A stretch of DNA of 64,000 nucleotides from assembly GCA_947624995.1 (NCBI GenBank), contig CANQMS010000007.1:787-64786 (forward strand). Direction: 5' to 3'. Shown piece by piece: positions 27,993 through 37,314 of the stretch; the first letter of the stretch is position 1, and each line of letters starts with the position of its first letter. A model generated the notes under the pieces. The model made no database searches, was not told where the DNA came from, and saw nothing but the letters and a program-made list of their open reading frames with translations. The position numbers and the translations under genes are program-made. Source of the DNA: an uncultured Clostridia bacterium. GTDB taxonomy: Bacteria > Bacillota > Clostridia > Oscillospirales > CAG-272.

Positions 27993-28027
27993 AGTCAACC
28001 TCCAAAGAATTATTTCAATTTTCAAAC

Positions 28028-28056
28028 ATTCTACCACCGCCCGCCTTCCGTGTCAA
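28028..28056 (-). promoter_or_regulatory. Sigma-A promoter for asnA
   Basis: The minus strand reads TTGACA, 17-nt spacer, TAGAAT, with extended -10 TGG. Confidence 0.6.
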
Positions 28057-28191
28057 GCGAAAAATGAGGACTGCACGGCAAAATGAAAAACCGACGGCGC
28101 TTTTTTGCAAAAAACCGCCCCGGGGCGAATATACCGTCCCGGAGCGGGCAAAAATCATGTCACCGAAACATTTTTCAAAAAGGTACGGAGC

Positions 28192-28797
28192 ATGAAAAAA
28201 ATACTTATCCTCTCGGTCGCGGTGCTGCTCACCGCTTCCCTTTCCTCTTTCTTTCCGACGCGCTCGGAGCTCTCTCTGTACGACAATTTCATCCGCCTGC
28301 ACGTGATCGCAAATTCCGACAGCGAGGACGACCAGTCACTGAAGCTGCGCGTCCGCGACAAGATCCTCGAGGTCGTCGGCGAAGCGCTCGCCGACACGGA
28401 GACGAAAGCCGACGCGGAGGACGCGATGCGCTCGATCCTGCCGGAGATCGAGCGTGCCGCGGCGGAAGTCGTCACGGACGCGGGTCACACGGAATCCGTC
28501 GCGGCGAGCCTGACCGAGGAAAAATATCCGCGCCGCTCGTACGGGACCGTGACGCTCCCGGCAGGGACATACACCTCCCTTCGCGTCATCATCGGCGAGG
28601 GCGAGGGTCACAACTGGTGGTGCGTCCTCTTCCCGCGGATGTGTACAAAACCCGCCGTATCGGCGGCAGAGCAGGAGGAAGAGTTCACCGACGCGGGCTT
28701 CACCCCGTCACAGTACAGGATAATAACGGACAGCAAGGACGCTCATTACGTCGTCAAATTCCGCATCATTGAAATAATCAGAAGCCTATTCGACTGA
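28192..28797 (+). CDS. spoIIR: Stage II sporulation protein R
   Basis: Signal peptide MKKILILSVAVLL. Motifs FIRLHVIANSDSEDDQ.LKL.VRD and GEGEGHNWWCVLFP are SpoIIR hallmarks. ATG 28192 sits behind ACGGAG. Confidence 0.85.
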   Translation: MKKILILSVAVLLTASLSSFFPTRSELSLYDNFIRLHVIANSDSEDDQSLKLRVRDKILEVVGEALADTETKADAEDAMRSILPEIERAAAEVVTDAGHTESVAASLTEEKYPRRSYGTVTLPAGTYTSLRVIIGEGEGHNWWCVLFPRMCTKPAVSAAEQEEEFTDAGFTPSQYRIITDSKDAHYVVKFRIIEIIRSLFD

Positions 28798-29859
28798 CGC
28801 CTTTCCGTCACCGAGCCGGTCGATCCATCTGTCAAACGCCGCGAGAGCACGCGGGATGCGGCAAAGCTCAAAGAGCTTTATGCGGCAGACATCGACGACG
28901 GACAGCACGGCATATATCGACAGCGCAGATCCGAGCGTGAGCCCGAGATAACGCAAAAGCCCGCCGCCCGCGAAGCCGACGGCGAAATTCAGCATGTAAA
29001 GCCGCCAGATAAAATAGTTGACGTGTATAATATAGACGCCGAGCGTCGCCGGAGAAAATGTCTTTATCAGCCATATCGAAACACGGTTTTTTATCCGGAG
29101 GCGGGAGAACACGATCAGGAGCCCTGCGGAGGCAATAAATATCGTCGGCGATATATAGTTGACAAGTGTGTCCGAATTCAGAAACACGCGCGCCGCCCAT
29201 GTCGCCGCCCACGAGCAGAGGCAGAGGAGCAGTATCTCAAGACGCGGCACGCCCTCCCCTATGCGGAAGCGGCGGATGAACGCGCCGATCATGTAAAGGA
29301 TGATCAGCCATATCATGCTGTACCCGCTCGAAAGCGTGAACGCCGATGTGCCGAAAAACCGCGGTACGGTCATGAACAGCAAAACGGACGCTCCGGTGAA
29401 GATCGCGGCGTCCCGACCGCTGACCGATTCGGCGGCGCGGTTCATGAATGGGATAAAAAACGTCATTCCGATATAAGACGTTATATACCAATAGTGATTG
29501 TGGAATATTGGCGAAAACGAGTACGCGACCGCCTCCCCCGTCGCCTCCCACATCCCCGTGCCGAGGAATATCGCGCCAGCAAGCGCCGTATAGAAAAACA
29601 CCTGCGCCCACACGTAGAGCGCGCGCGAATATTTATGGCGCCTGCCGTAGCACACATAGCCGCTGATGAGCGCATAGCAGTCGACGGCGCCGTAGCATAT
29701 GATCTCGAGCGCCCAGCCCGCGTAATATTCGGCGCTCCCCTTCGCGGCGGCGCCGAGCGCGCCGCCCCGGTTGAGGACGTGCAATGTCACTACCATCAGC
29801 ATCGACACGATGCGGAAGAGGTCAACGCCGTAATTGCGTTCGTTTGATACAGCCTCCAT
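28786..29859 (-). CDS. Acyltransferase-3 family membrane protein (OafA-like)
   Basis: N-terminal N.G.DLFRIVSMLMVV..H followed by about 10 TM helices. Its 3' end overlaps the spoIIR 3' end by 12 nt. Confidence 0.72.
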   Translation of the reverse strand: MEAVSNERNYGVDLFRIVSMLMVVTLHVLNRGGALGAAAKGSAEYYAGWALEIICYGAVDCYALISGYVCYGRRHKYSRALYVWAQVFFYTALAGAIFLGTGMWEATGEAVAYSFSPIFHNHYWYITSYIGMTFFIPFMNRAAESVSGRDAAIFTGASVLLFMTVPRFFGTSAFTLSSGYSMIWLIILYMIGAFIRRFRIGEGVPRLEILLLCLCSWAATWAARVFLNSDTLVNYISPTIFIASAGLLIVFSRLRIKNRVSIWLIKTFSPATLGVYIIHVNYFIWRLYMLNFAVGFAGGGLLRYLGLTLGSALSIYAVLSVVDVCRIKLFELCRIPRALAAFDRWIDRLGDGKASVE

Positions 29860-29865
29860 GCGCCG

Positions 29866-30549
29866 CTATTCCTCCGTGCGAAGATATTTCATATACATCG
29901 TCTCATCCTCGCGCTTCATTATCATAGCCGAGTATGACTCCGTCTCTCCGTTTTCGTCCGTAAGGGAGAAGGACACCCTGTAAGTGTGCTCCGTCTCGAC
30001 GCAGTTATTTATATCGACGGTGACGGTCACCTGCATCGGCTGCCCCGCCGCCGTATACGCGCCGACGCGCGACAGATACGGGTAGCGCGCAGAGCTCTCG
30101 TGCTTGACGCTCGAGCTGCCGCCGAACCAGCGGTAAACGGTCGATTCGAGGTCCGCCTCGGGGATCAGCGTCGTGATATTGTACTGCGGGTACTCGCGCG
30201 ACGCCTCGGCGAGCAGCTCCGAGTTCCCGCTGTACGCCGAGTAGCTCGTATTCAGCATATAATTCAGTATCGCGTCGCGGTTGCCGGACGCCGCTTCCCT
30301 CGGGTTCTCGAACGGCGCGATGTGCGCGCTGTCGAGCGTTAATATGCCGATCATCTTTTCAATTTCGGAATATCCCGCGTCCTCGGGCGGAACAACGCGA
30401 ACGACCGCCTCCGCCTCGTAATCGTTCATATCAAAGCCGAACGAGGACATGATGCTGCTGTACAGCTCCCCTCCCGAGCAGGAGGCGAGCGAAAGGACGG
30501 CGGCAAGCAGGAGCGGCGCCAAAAGTATATGCCTAAACCTCTTTTTCAC
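29866..30549 (-). CDS. Hypothetical lipoprotein
   Basis: Signal with lipobox LASC. No recognisable domain. The start codon directly abuts the folC stop. Confidence 0.55.
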   Translation of the reverse strand: MKKRFRHILLAPLLLAAVLSLASCSGGELYSSIMSSFGFDMNDYEAEAVVRVVPPEDAGYSEIEKMIGILTLDSAHIAPFENPREAASGNRDAILNYMLNTSYSAYSGNSELLAEASREYPQYNITTLIPEADLESTVYRWFGGSSSVKHESSARYPYLSRVGAYTAAGQPMQVTVTVDINNCVETEHTYRVSFSLTDENGETESYSAMIMKREDETMYMKYLRTEE

Positions 30550-31827
30550 TCATATTCCTCCAAGCGCCGAGACGGCATCCGCCGCGTCGGCGTACATATA
30601 AAGCGAGCCGTATATAAACAGCGGCCGCTTATTCTCCTTCGCGTCGCGCGCGGCTCTCGCGACGCCCTCGGCGACGCTGCCGCACGCATAAGCTTCGACG
30701 TCCGCCTCGCGGAACGCGCGGGCGTAATCCTCCGCCGACAGCGCGCGCGGATTGTCGGGGCGCACGGTATACACTCTTGCGACCGTGCGGGACGCCGTCC
30801 CGACCGTTTTACGGTAGTCCTTGTCCGCCATCGCGCCGGACACCGCCGTCACGCGGACGCCGGGAAAATACGTGTTGATGCTGCGAAACGACGCCTCGAC
30901 CCCCTGCGGGTTGTGACCTCCGTCATAGATCGTTACGGGGTCGCGGCGCAGAAGCTCGAACCGCGCGTGCCACAAAGTCGAGAGCAGCCCGGCGCGGACG
31001 TCCTCTTCCGTTATGCTATATCCGAGCCCGGCGAGTATATGTGCCGCCTCGACGACGGAGGCGGCGTTCTGCGGCTGATATATGCCGGCAAGGCGCGTTT
31101 CATATTCGGCGCCCTTATAAATAAAGCGGTTTCCCTCAACGGATGAGGATAAGACCGAGAGCGCTCCGTAGTCCGGCTCACAGCAGCGCGAGCCGAGCAC
31201 GCCCGCCGCCGATCTGACGACGCTGCGCGCGCCGCCGTCCGTCCCCGTGAACAGCACGGGGACGCCTTTTTTTATTATTCCCGCCTTCTCTGCGGCGATC
31301 TTCTCCACCGTGTCGCCGAGGATCGCCGTGTGGTCGAGCGATATCTCGGTTATGACCGAGAGCACCGGCGCCTTTATGATATTCGTCGAATCGAGCCTGC
31401 CGCCCATGCCGACCTCGAGCACGACGATCTCGCACCCGCGTCTCCTGAAATATTCGAACGCTATCGCCGTGATCAGCTCAAACTCTGTCGGCGGGTCCGC
31501 CATCCCGTCGGCGCATTTTTTCACCGCCTCCGTGACCTCAGCAAGCTCCTCCCCGCCTATATCCTCGCCCAAAACGCGTATCCGCTCGCAGAACGAGGTG
31601 ACGAACGGGGATGTGAAAAGCCCCGTCTTATATCCCGCGTGACGCAGCACGGATTCGAGCATCGCGCAGAACGAGCCCTTCCCGTTCGTGCCCGCGACGT
31701 GGACGAACCGGAGCTTGTCCTGCGGGTCGCCGAGGCGGCGGCAAAGCTCCTCTATCCTTGAAAGCCCAGGGCGGCTCCCGCGCCAAGAGACCGAATGTAT
31801 ATATGATAAGGCTTCATCATAATTCAT
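30550..31827 (-). CDS. folC: Bifunctional folylpolyglutamate synthase / dihydrofolate synthase
   Basis: Mur-ligase P-loop HVAGTNGKGS, the FTSP...F.ERI motif and a C-terminal DGGHNP. Confidence 0.87.
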   Translation of the reverse strand: MNYDEALSYIHSVSWRGSRPGLSRIEELCRRLGDPQDKLRFVHVAGTNGKGSFCAMLESVLRHAGYKTGLFTSPFVTSFCERIRVLGEDIGGEELAEVTEAVKKCADGMADPPTEFELITAIAFEYFRRRGCEIVVLEVGMGGRLDSTNIIKAPVLSVITEISLDHTAILGDTVEKIAAEKAGIIKKGVPVLFTGTDGGARSVVRSAAGVLGSRCCEPDYGALSVLSSSVEGNRFIYKGAEYETRLAGIYQPQNAASVVEAAHILAGLGYSITEEDVRAGLLSTLWHARFELLRRDPVTIYDGGHNPQGVEASFRSINTYFPGVRVTAVSGAMADKDYRKTVGTASRTVARVYTVRPDNPRALSAEDYARAFREADVEAYACGSVAEGVARAARDAKENKRPLFIYGSLYMYADAADAVSALGGI

Positions 31828-32389
31828 GATCCTGTTCCAAAAACCTCATGATCTGTTTGTTTTTCGAGAGCGCCGTTATGACAGAGCCCTCAATGACGAC
31901 GGCAATCGCCGAAAATCCCGCCGCGATAAATACGCCGAACCACGGCATGCCGAACATTATCATTTTCGCGATCTGCTTTATTATAATCTGCCCCAAAAGG
32001 TGCGCCGACGCCGCGGCAATAAAATAGCTGCCCCGCCCCGGAATACGCCGCCGAAGCGCGCGGAAAACAATCCCCGCCGTCGCTCCGACGCACGCCGCCC
32101 CCACGGTCAGGACCGGGTTGACGGCAGGATTCGTCGACAAAAGGCAGCTTATGATGTCGACCGCGGCGCCGACTGCGGCGCCCGACACGGGTCCCACGAA
32201 TATCCCCGCCATTATGACTCCGAGATTTTCGAGCGTGAACCTGTAAACGACGGCGACGGTGAAGAGATTCTTGCAGATGATGCCGAGGACGACGCTCACC
32301 GCGGTCATCATCGCAAGTGCGGTGATCTTTTTCGCCGCCGTGCGGCCCCTGTTTTTCGCTTTCGCTTGTGTTTTTGTCTGTCTTTCCAT
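31817..32389 (-). CDS. folT: ECF-transporter S component, folate family (FolT)
   Basis: About 6 TM helices and the size of an ECF S component. Overlaps folC and sits directly behind a THF riboswitch. Confidence 0.68.
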   Translation of the reverse strand: MERQTKTQAKAKNRGRTAAKKITALAMMTAVSVVLGIICKNLFTVAVVYRFTLENLGVIMAGIFVGPVSGAAVGAAVDIISCLLSTNPAVNPVLTVGAACVGATAGIVFRALRRRIPGRGSYFIAAASAHLLGQIIIKQIAKMIMFGMPWFGVFIAAGFSAIAVVIEGSVITALSKNKQIMRFLEQDHEL

Positions 32390-32446
32390 AGACTTTTTCC
32401 TCCTTTTCCGCCGAGATCGCAGTCGGGAGGAACAGTCTTCCCTTGT

Positions 32447-32545
32447 GCATCAGCGGGATGCGGCGTGCGCACCGCGATTTCTCTTCGTCCCCGGGGCAAC
32501 TCCCCGTCCCCGGGACACTTTACGCGCACACGCCTACTCTGTGCT
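32447..32545 (-). promoter_or_regulatory. THF (tetrahydrofolate, folT-motif) riboswitch aptamer
   Basis: The minus-strand RNA reads CAGAGUAGGCGUGUGCGCGUAAAGUGUCCCGGGGACGGGGAGUUGCCCCGGGGACGAAGAGAAAUCGCGGUGCGCACGCCGCAUCCCGCUG. It carries the conserved strings AGAGUAG, GCGUAAAGUGU, GGGGA, ACGAAG, CGCGGUG and GCAUCC in the right order. Helices GCGUGUG/CGCACGC and CCCGGGG/CCCCGGG are complementary. Confidence 0.85.
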
Positions 32546-32597
32546 TTTTATTTTATTTATGCAAACCGCCGGGAGGGCGGATATTTTTATGCGGGTC

Positions 32598-33545
32598 TTA
32601 TACTCCGGGCGAGATCCCGCCGTACACGTCCATCAGCTTCTTGTTGAACTCCTCGGCGGTGTTGTAGCCCATCTTCTTCTGTCTGTTGTTCATCGCGGCT
32701 ATCTCGATGACGACGGCGAGGTTGCGCCCCGGACGGACCGGGATCGTCGTCGTCGGTACGTCGATGCCGAGAATGTTCGTGTACTCCGTCTCAAGTCCGA
32801 AGCGGTCGTATGTCTTGCCCTTCTCCCACGTTTCGAGCTTGATTATCATGTTGACCCTCTCCGTCTCCTTGACAGAGCCCATGCCGAAGATGCGGCGGAC
32901 GTCGATGATGCCGATGCCGCGCAGCTCTATGTAATACTGTATCAGCTCGGGCGAGGTGCCGACGAGCGACACCGCGGACACGCGCTTGATCTCGACCGCA
33001 TCGTCCGCTATAAAGCGGTGACCGCGCTTGACGAGCTCTATCGCCGTCTCGCTCTTGCCGATGCCGCTGTCGCCGAGGATGAGGACGCCCTCGCCGTATA
33101 CCTCGACGAGCACGCCGTGGATCGTGATGCGCGGAGCGAGATGCAGGTTCAGGGACGCTATCAGCGCGGCGAGAAACTCACTTGTAAGCTGATTTGTCAG
33201 GAGCAGCGGGACCTCGTAATATTCCGCCATCTCCGTCATATCCTCGGACGGCTTGTTGCCGCTCGTGATTATGACGGCGACCGGGCGCTTCGAGAAGTAA
33301 TCCGCGAGCATGAGCTTGCGCTTGTCCGGATCCATGGACTCGAGGTACGCGTGCTCGACGATCCCGACGAGCTGTATGCGCGCGGGCTCAAATCTGTTGA
33401 AATATCCGGCAAACGCAAGACCCGGGCGGTTCACTTCCGCTATCGTTATCTCGCGCTCGCGCCCGTCCTCGGGCATAAATACCGGTTCAAGCGAAAATTC
33501 GTCTACTATTTTTCCGAGTTCGACTGTCGGTTTATTCAGTCCCAT
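32598..33545 (-). CDS. hprK: HPr(Ser) kinase/phosphorylase
   Basis: Walker A GDSGIGKSE, plus the RGH.F.ADD and LE.RG.GI motifs. Confidence 0.92.
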   Translation of the reverse strand: MGLNKPTVELGKIVDEFSLEPVFMPEDGREREITIAEVNRPGLAFAGYFNRFEPARIQLVGIVEHAYLESMDPDKRKLMLADYFSKRPVAVIITSGNKPSEDMTEMAEYYEVPLLLTNQLTSEFLAALIASLNLHLAPRITIHGVLVEVYGEGVLILGDSGIGKSETAIELVKRGHRFIADDAVEIKRVSAVSLVGTSPELIQYYIELRGIGIIDVRRIFGMGSVKETERVNMIIKLETWEKGKTYDRFGLETEYTNILGIDVPTTTIPVRPGRNLAVVIEIAAMNNRQKKMGYNTAEEFNKKLMDVYGGISPGV

Positions 33546-33695
33546 CCTGCCGACCCTCCGTTTTCGTTTTGTACCGCAAATGTGCTACAAACGCATTGTA
33601 CCATACGCGCGCCCGCTTTTCAAGTACGGACCCGAAAAATATTTTCCCGATTTCCGGGCAGGTGAAGCGCCCGTCGGCGAATAATGCAAAAACAG

Positions 33696-33725
33696 TTGAC
33701 TTTATGTGCCCGCAAGATATATAAT
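33696..33725 (+). promoter_or_regulatory. Candidate sigma-A promoter for the PPIase lipoprotein gene
   Basis: TTGACT (33696-701), 18-nt spacer, TATAAT (33720-25). Confidence 0.5.
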
Positions 33726-33768
33726 AGAGGTGATTATACGATTATTTACGGGAGCCTTTACATAAATA

Positions 33769-34797
33769 ATGAAAAAAGCATTTTGTAGGATAATATCTTT
33801 CGTTCTTGCGCTGTCTGCGCTCGTTTTTCCGCTCGCCTCATGCAGCAAATACAACTTCCCGGAGAGCACCGAGGAGGACACCGAGACCGTGCTCATCATC
33901 GGAGACTATGAGGTCCCGTTCGAGCAGTACAGATATTTCTTCATGAATTTCAAGGCTGAGTACGACGGCGGCAGCGATTCATACTGGCGCAGCCTCGGAG
34001 CCAAGGAAAAGTCGAAAATGTTCTACGTGATCGACGATCTCGTCCGTGCAGCGCTCCTGCGCTGCTACGCGACGTTCTCGCTCGCCCTCGACCACGGCAT
34101 CGACTATAAGAGCGGAGCCGTGCAGAAGGAAGTCGTCGAATCCATAAACGATTCGATCGAGAAAGATTTCGGCGGCTTTGACGCGTATCTTGATGCGATC
34201 GCCGCCGCGCACATGACGCACTCTGTCTATCGCTTCGCCATGTCCGAGCTCGAGGTCGAAGAGCGCCTCTTTGAAGCCATGAAGGAAGACGGCAGCATAA
34301 AGAGTGACGCGGACACGGTCCGCGCCGCGGTTGAGTCCGGCGAATTCTGCCGTGCAAAGCAGGTGCTCATAATGAACGACGAGGGCGAGAAGCCCGAGGA
34401 CAACCGCAAAGAGGCGGAGAACGTGCTCTTACTCGCTCAGCTCGGTCAGGATTTTGACAAGCTCGTCGCCGATTACGGCGAGGACCCGGAGATGATAACG
34501 AACCCCGAAGGCTACTATTTTGTCCGCGGCGAGCTGATCGAGGAGTTCGAGAACGCCGCGTTCGCGCTCAAGATAGGCGAGCTTTCGGACATCATCTCGT
34601 CCCCGCTCGGATATCACATAATCCTCCGCCTCGAGCCGGACGAGGATTATATCAACGAGAACATCTCAACTCTCGGGGACACGTACGCCGCCGGAAAATT
34701 CCGCCAAGCGGTGGATGACAGGGGCGAGGATATGGAGATCACCGCGACCGATTTCTGGCGCACGCTAACGATCGACAATTTTTTCTACGGCGAGTGA
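33769..34797 (+). CDS. PpiC/parvulin-type peptidyl-prolyl isomerase lipoprotein (PrsA-like)
   Basis: Lipobox LASC. SurA-N-like helical region, then a parvulin core (VLIMNDEG..., FENAAFALKIGELSDIISSPLGYHII). Confidence 0.75.
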   Translation: MKKAFCRIISFVLALSALVFPLASCSKYNFPESTEEDTETVLIIGDYEVPFEQYRYFFMNFKAEYDGGSDSYWRSLGAKEKSKMFYVIDDLVRAALLRCYATFSLALDHGIDYKSGAVQKEVVESINDSIEKDFGGFDAYLDAIAAAHMTHSVYRFAMSELEVEERLFEAMKEDGSIKSDADTVRAAVESGEFCRAKQVLIMNDEGEKPEDNRKEAENVLLLAQLGQDFDKLVADYGEDPEMITNPEGYYFVRGELIEEFENAAFALKIGELSDIISSPLGYHIILRLEPDEDYINENISTLGDTYAAGKFRQAVDDRGEDMEITATDFWRTLTIDNFFYGE

Positions 34798-34837
34798 GGA
34801 TGCCGTCGCCGCAATGACACAGTGAAAGGAGTGCGCG

Positions 34838-36322
34838 ATGAACAAACCGTATCACGCTCCGATACAGTACAAGCACTACGGCAAAAAGCGCCGCTACGGC
34901 AAGCGGAAGCTGAAAATAAATTTAACCGTGCTCGGCATCGTGATATTCGTCATAGTCTGCATCGTCGGCGCAATCCTGCTCGGCAATTATCTCCGCGGCA
35001 AGGTTGACGGAGGCGGGAGCGCCCCCGCAGCCACAGCCGACAGCGGCGGCGACCCCGGTCAAACTCCCTCGGTCGGAGACGCGGCGCAGAAACATTCGAG
35101 CATGCGTTCCGGCTGCTTTACGATACCGTCCGGCAGCGCCGCCGCGCTGTACGACGCCGGATACGACGCCGTGACCGTCCCGCTGACGGACGGCGACGGC
35201 ACCCTTCTCTACGATTCCGCCGCCGCAAAGGCGCTGTCGCGCCAGCCGGAGTCGACCGGGCTGCCCGACCTCGGCGAAAAGCTCGGCGAAATCAGATCGG
35301 CTGCCGCCGCGCACGGCATCGAACCGAGGATAACGGTTTATTACGATATGACATACGCCGGCAGCACGGACCCCGTGATCTCCGAGGCGACGATGCTGTA
35401 TGAAACGGCTGTCATCGCCGAGGCGTACTTGCTCGGCGCGGACGAGGCGCTCATTTCCGGCGTTTCCGTTTCGGACGGCGGCACATCCGCTCTCGCGGTA
35501 GTCGAAAAGCTTCGCTCGTCCGTCCCGGACATGAAGATATGCATAGCGCTCCCGATCGGCGTTTTTTCGGACGCCTCGATGTCGCAGACGCTTGATTCGC
35601 TCGCAGTTGCGGCGGGCGCGCTCGCCGTCGACACGCGCGCCCTCGACTGGTCCTATAAAGCCGTCGGCGGTGACGGGGACAGCGGCGGCGCCGGCGACGG
35701 CGCCGCCGCCGGCACGGACACAGACGCCGCCGGAACGGATAACGGCGGCGCAGGCGAACCTGCACCGAAATACGAATCCGAAATTTTCGGGGAAATCGAC
35801 CGCGGAGCAGCCTCAATAAAGAGCAGCGTTTCGCTTTACAGCCTCGCTTTCGTGATACGCGGCGACGTCGCCTTCATCGAATCCGAGGCGGTCGACGCGC
35901 TCATAAAAAACGGGATATACAGCTACTACGTCGTGACCGCGCCCGAGAGCACGGCGGCGCCGCCGTCCACCGGAGGCGACAATACGGATGACAACGGCGA
36001 TACCGACGACACCGATGATACGGACGGTACGGGCGAACCGTGGCAGGATCCGCAGCCCGATCCGCAGCCGCAGCCCGATCCGCAGCCGCAGCCCGACCCG
36101 GGATCCGATGCCGATCCCGAACCGGGCACAGATACCGAACCCGACACCGAGCCGGAACCCGACACCGAACCTGAGCCCGATACCGAACCTGAACCCGATA
36201 CCGAGCCGGAGCCCGACACCGAGCCGGAGCCCGATACCGAACCGGAGCCCGAGCCCGGCACAGAGCCTGACACCGAACCCGAACCGGCGCCGCCCTCAGA
36301 TACGGACGGCGCCGCGGAATGA
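34838..36322 (+). CDS. Hypothetical single-pass membrane protein with an extracellular domain and an acidic Pro/Glu/Asp/Thr repeat tail
   Basis: RBS AAAGGAG. Basic N-terminus and one TM helix ([21 protein letters not shown]). About 300 aa of globular region, then the C-terminal tracts [18 protein letters not shown] and (EPEPDT)xn. Confidence 0.6.
   Translation: MNKPYHAPIQYKHYGKKRRYGKRKLKINLTVLGIVIFVIVCIVGAILLGNYLRGKVDGGGSAPAATADSGGDPGQTPSVGDAAQKHSSMRSGCFTIPSGSAAALYDAGYDAVTVPLTDGDGTLLYDSAAAKALSRQPESTGLPDLGEKLGEIRSAAAAHGIEPRITVYYDMTYAGSTDPVISEATMLYETAVIAEAYLLGADEALISGVSVSDGGTSALAVVEKLRSSVPDMKICIALPIGVFSDASMSQTLDSLAVAAGALAVDTRALDWSYKAVGGDGDSGGAGDGAAAGTDTDAAGTDNGGAGEPAPKYESEIFGEIDRGAASIKSSVSLYSLAFVIRGDVAFIESEAVDALIKNGIYSYYVVTAPESTAAPPSTGGDNTDDNGDTDDTDDTDGTGEPWQDPQPDPQPQPDPQPQPDPGSDADPEPGTDTEPDTEPEPDTEPEPDTEPEPDTEPEPDTEPEPDTEPEPEPGTEPDTEPEPAPPSDTDGAAE
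36047..36290 (+). repeat. In-frame coding tandem repeats (6-nt PQ/DP units, then about seven 18-nt EPEPDT units)
   Basis: Units of the form gaNccNgaYaccgaRccN differ mostly at synonymous third positions. Confidence 0.9.
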
Positions 36323-36351
36323 TCGCAAATACGACATCATGAGGCACTGAC

Positions 36352-37296
36352 ATGGCAGATTTCAAACAGTTTTCCGAATCATGGCGCGCGAACGGCGGCG
36401 CCGTGCCGTTCGTCCTCGCCGACGGGGACGGCAGGATCATATACGCAAACGACGCGGCGCACGAAACATGCGCCGCGCTTATATGCGGGGCGGATGTATA
36501 CACGCTCTTCCCCACGCTGTATGTGGAGTGCTGTGCCGCGCGCGCCGCGGGGCAGCGCGTGATCCGCCTCCGCTTCCCGGGCGAGGCGGTCGACTGTCTG
36601 ACAGTCGAGCTCCGCGGCAGCGTCATGCGGATTTATCCGAACGCATCATCCGTCCCGGCGGGGATAATATACGAGGAGGCGGCGCGCGAATTCGCCGCCG
36701 TATATAGGGACCCGGAAAGCGAGGCGAGGACGCGCGAGCTCTACGACACGCTGATCTCCGCAAACACCGCTACTCTCCGCTCCCGCGCACCGTCCGAGCA
36801 TCTTTTCTCGGAGCTTCTTTCCGGATTTTTCGAGTCCGCGCTGCCGAGGCTGCGTTCGCTCGGGCACAGGCTCGTCCTCAGAACGGACGACACCGTCACC
36901 GACACCGCGACCGTATGCACGGACATCTATTCGTTTCATCTCATGCTCTCCGCCGCCGCGTCCGCAGTGGGCTACGCGGCGGACGGCGACCTAACGCTCA
37001 GCGCACATCACACGGGCGCCGACGCCGTCCTGACCGTGAGCGCGAAGAGGCGCCGCGGTCTTCCGGACGCGGAGGAGACCTTTTTCGGTCCGCACACGGC
37101 GGACATCATGTTCGCGGAGTCCCTCGCGTACGCGGCAGGGTGCGAGCTTTCAAAGGAAATCACGGCGGCGTCCGTCTCCGTTACGCTGACCGCGCCCGCG
37201 AGCGGGTATTACCCCGAGTGGCTCAAGGACCGCGCCGCCGACACGGCGTTCAACATCATCTCGGCAAGCGGCGCCGCCTCGATCATATGTATTTAA
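36352..37296 (+). CDS. Hypothetical cytoplasmic protein
   Basis: Coding-like GC3 bias and RBS GAGG 7 nt upstream. No confident domain. See findings for a tentative PAS-like N-terminus. Confidence 0.5.
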   Translation: MADFKQFSESWRANGGAVPFVLADGDGRIIYANDAAHETCAALICGADVYTLFPTLYVECCAARAAGQRVIRLRFPGEAVDCLTVELRGSVMRIYPNASSVPAGIIYEEAAREFAAVYRDPESEARTRELYDTLISANTATLRSRAPSEHLFSELLSGFFESALPRLRSLGHRLVLRTDDTVTDTATVCTDIYSFHLMLSAAASAVGYAADGDLTLSAHHTGADAVLTVSAKRRRGLPDAEETFFGPHTADIMFAESLAYAAGCELSKEITAASVSVTLTAPASGYYPEWLKDRAADTAFNIISASGAASIICI

Positions 37297-37314
37297 TCCC
37301 CGATTGCCCGGCAG

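Noticed and set aside
26373-28037. Looked for an integrase, excisionase or island cargo next to the duplicated tRNA-Leu 3' end.
   Set aside because: The flanks encode a NYN-domain protein, asnA and spoIIR, which are ordinary chromosomal genes. No recombinase-like ORF exists on either strand.
27993-28100. Possible T-box or other leader upstream of asnA.
   Set aside because: The promoter (TTGACA-17-TAGAAT) lies ~35 nt from the GTG start. There is no room for a T-box and no T-box sequence.
28057-28191. A sigma-F-type promoter for spoIIR (GGCGAATATA-like -10 near 28125).
   Set aside because: The spacing and the -35 element do not fit the sigma-F consensus as I remember it, so a call would be guesswork.
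36047-36290. The tandem DNA repeats here, and those at 37481-37565 and 50560-50760, as possible non-coding satellites or contingency loci.
   Set aside because: All are in frame within ORFs and encode periodic acidic or Q/S/P peptide repeats. The units differ at synonymous sites, and no homopolymeric slippage tract is present.
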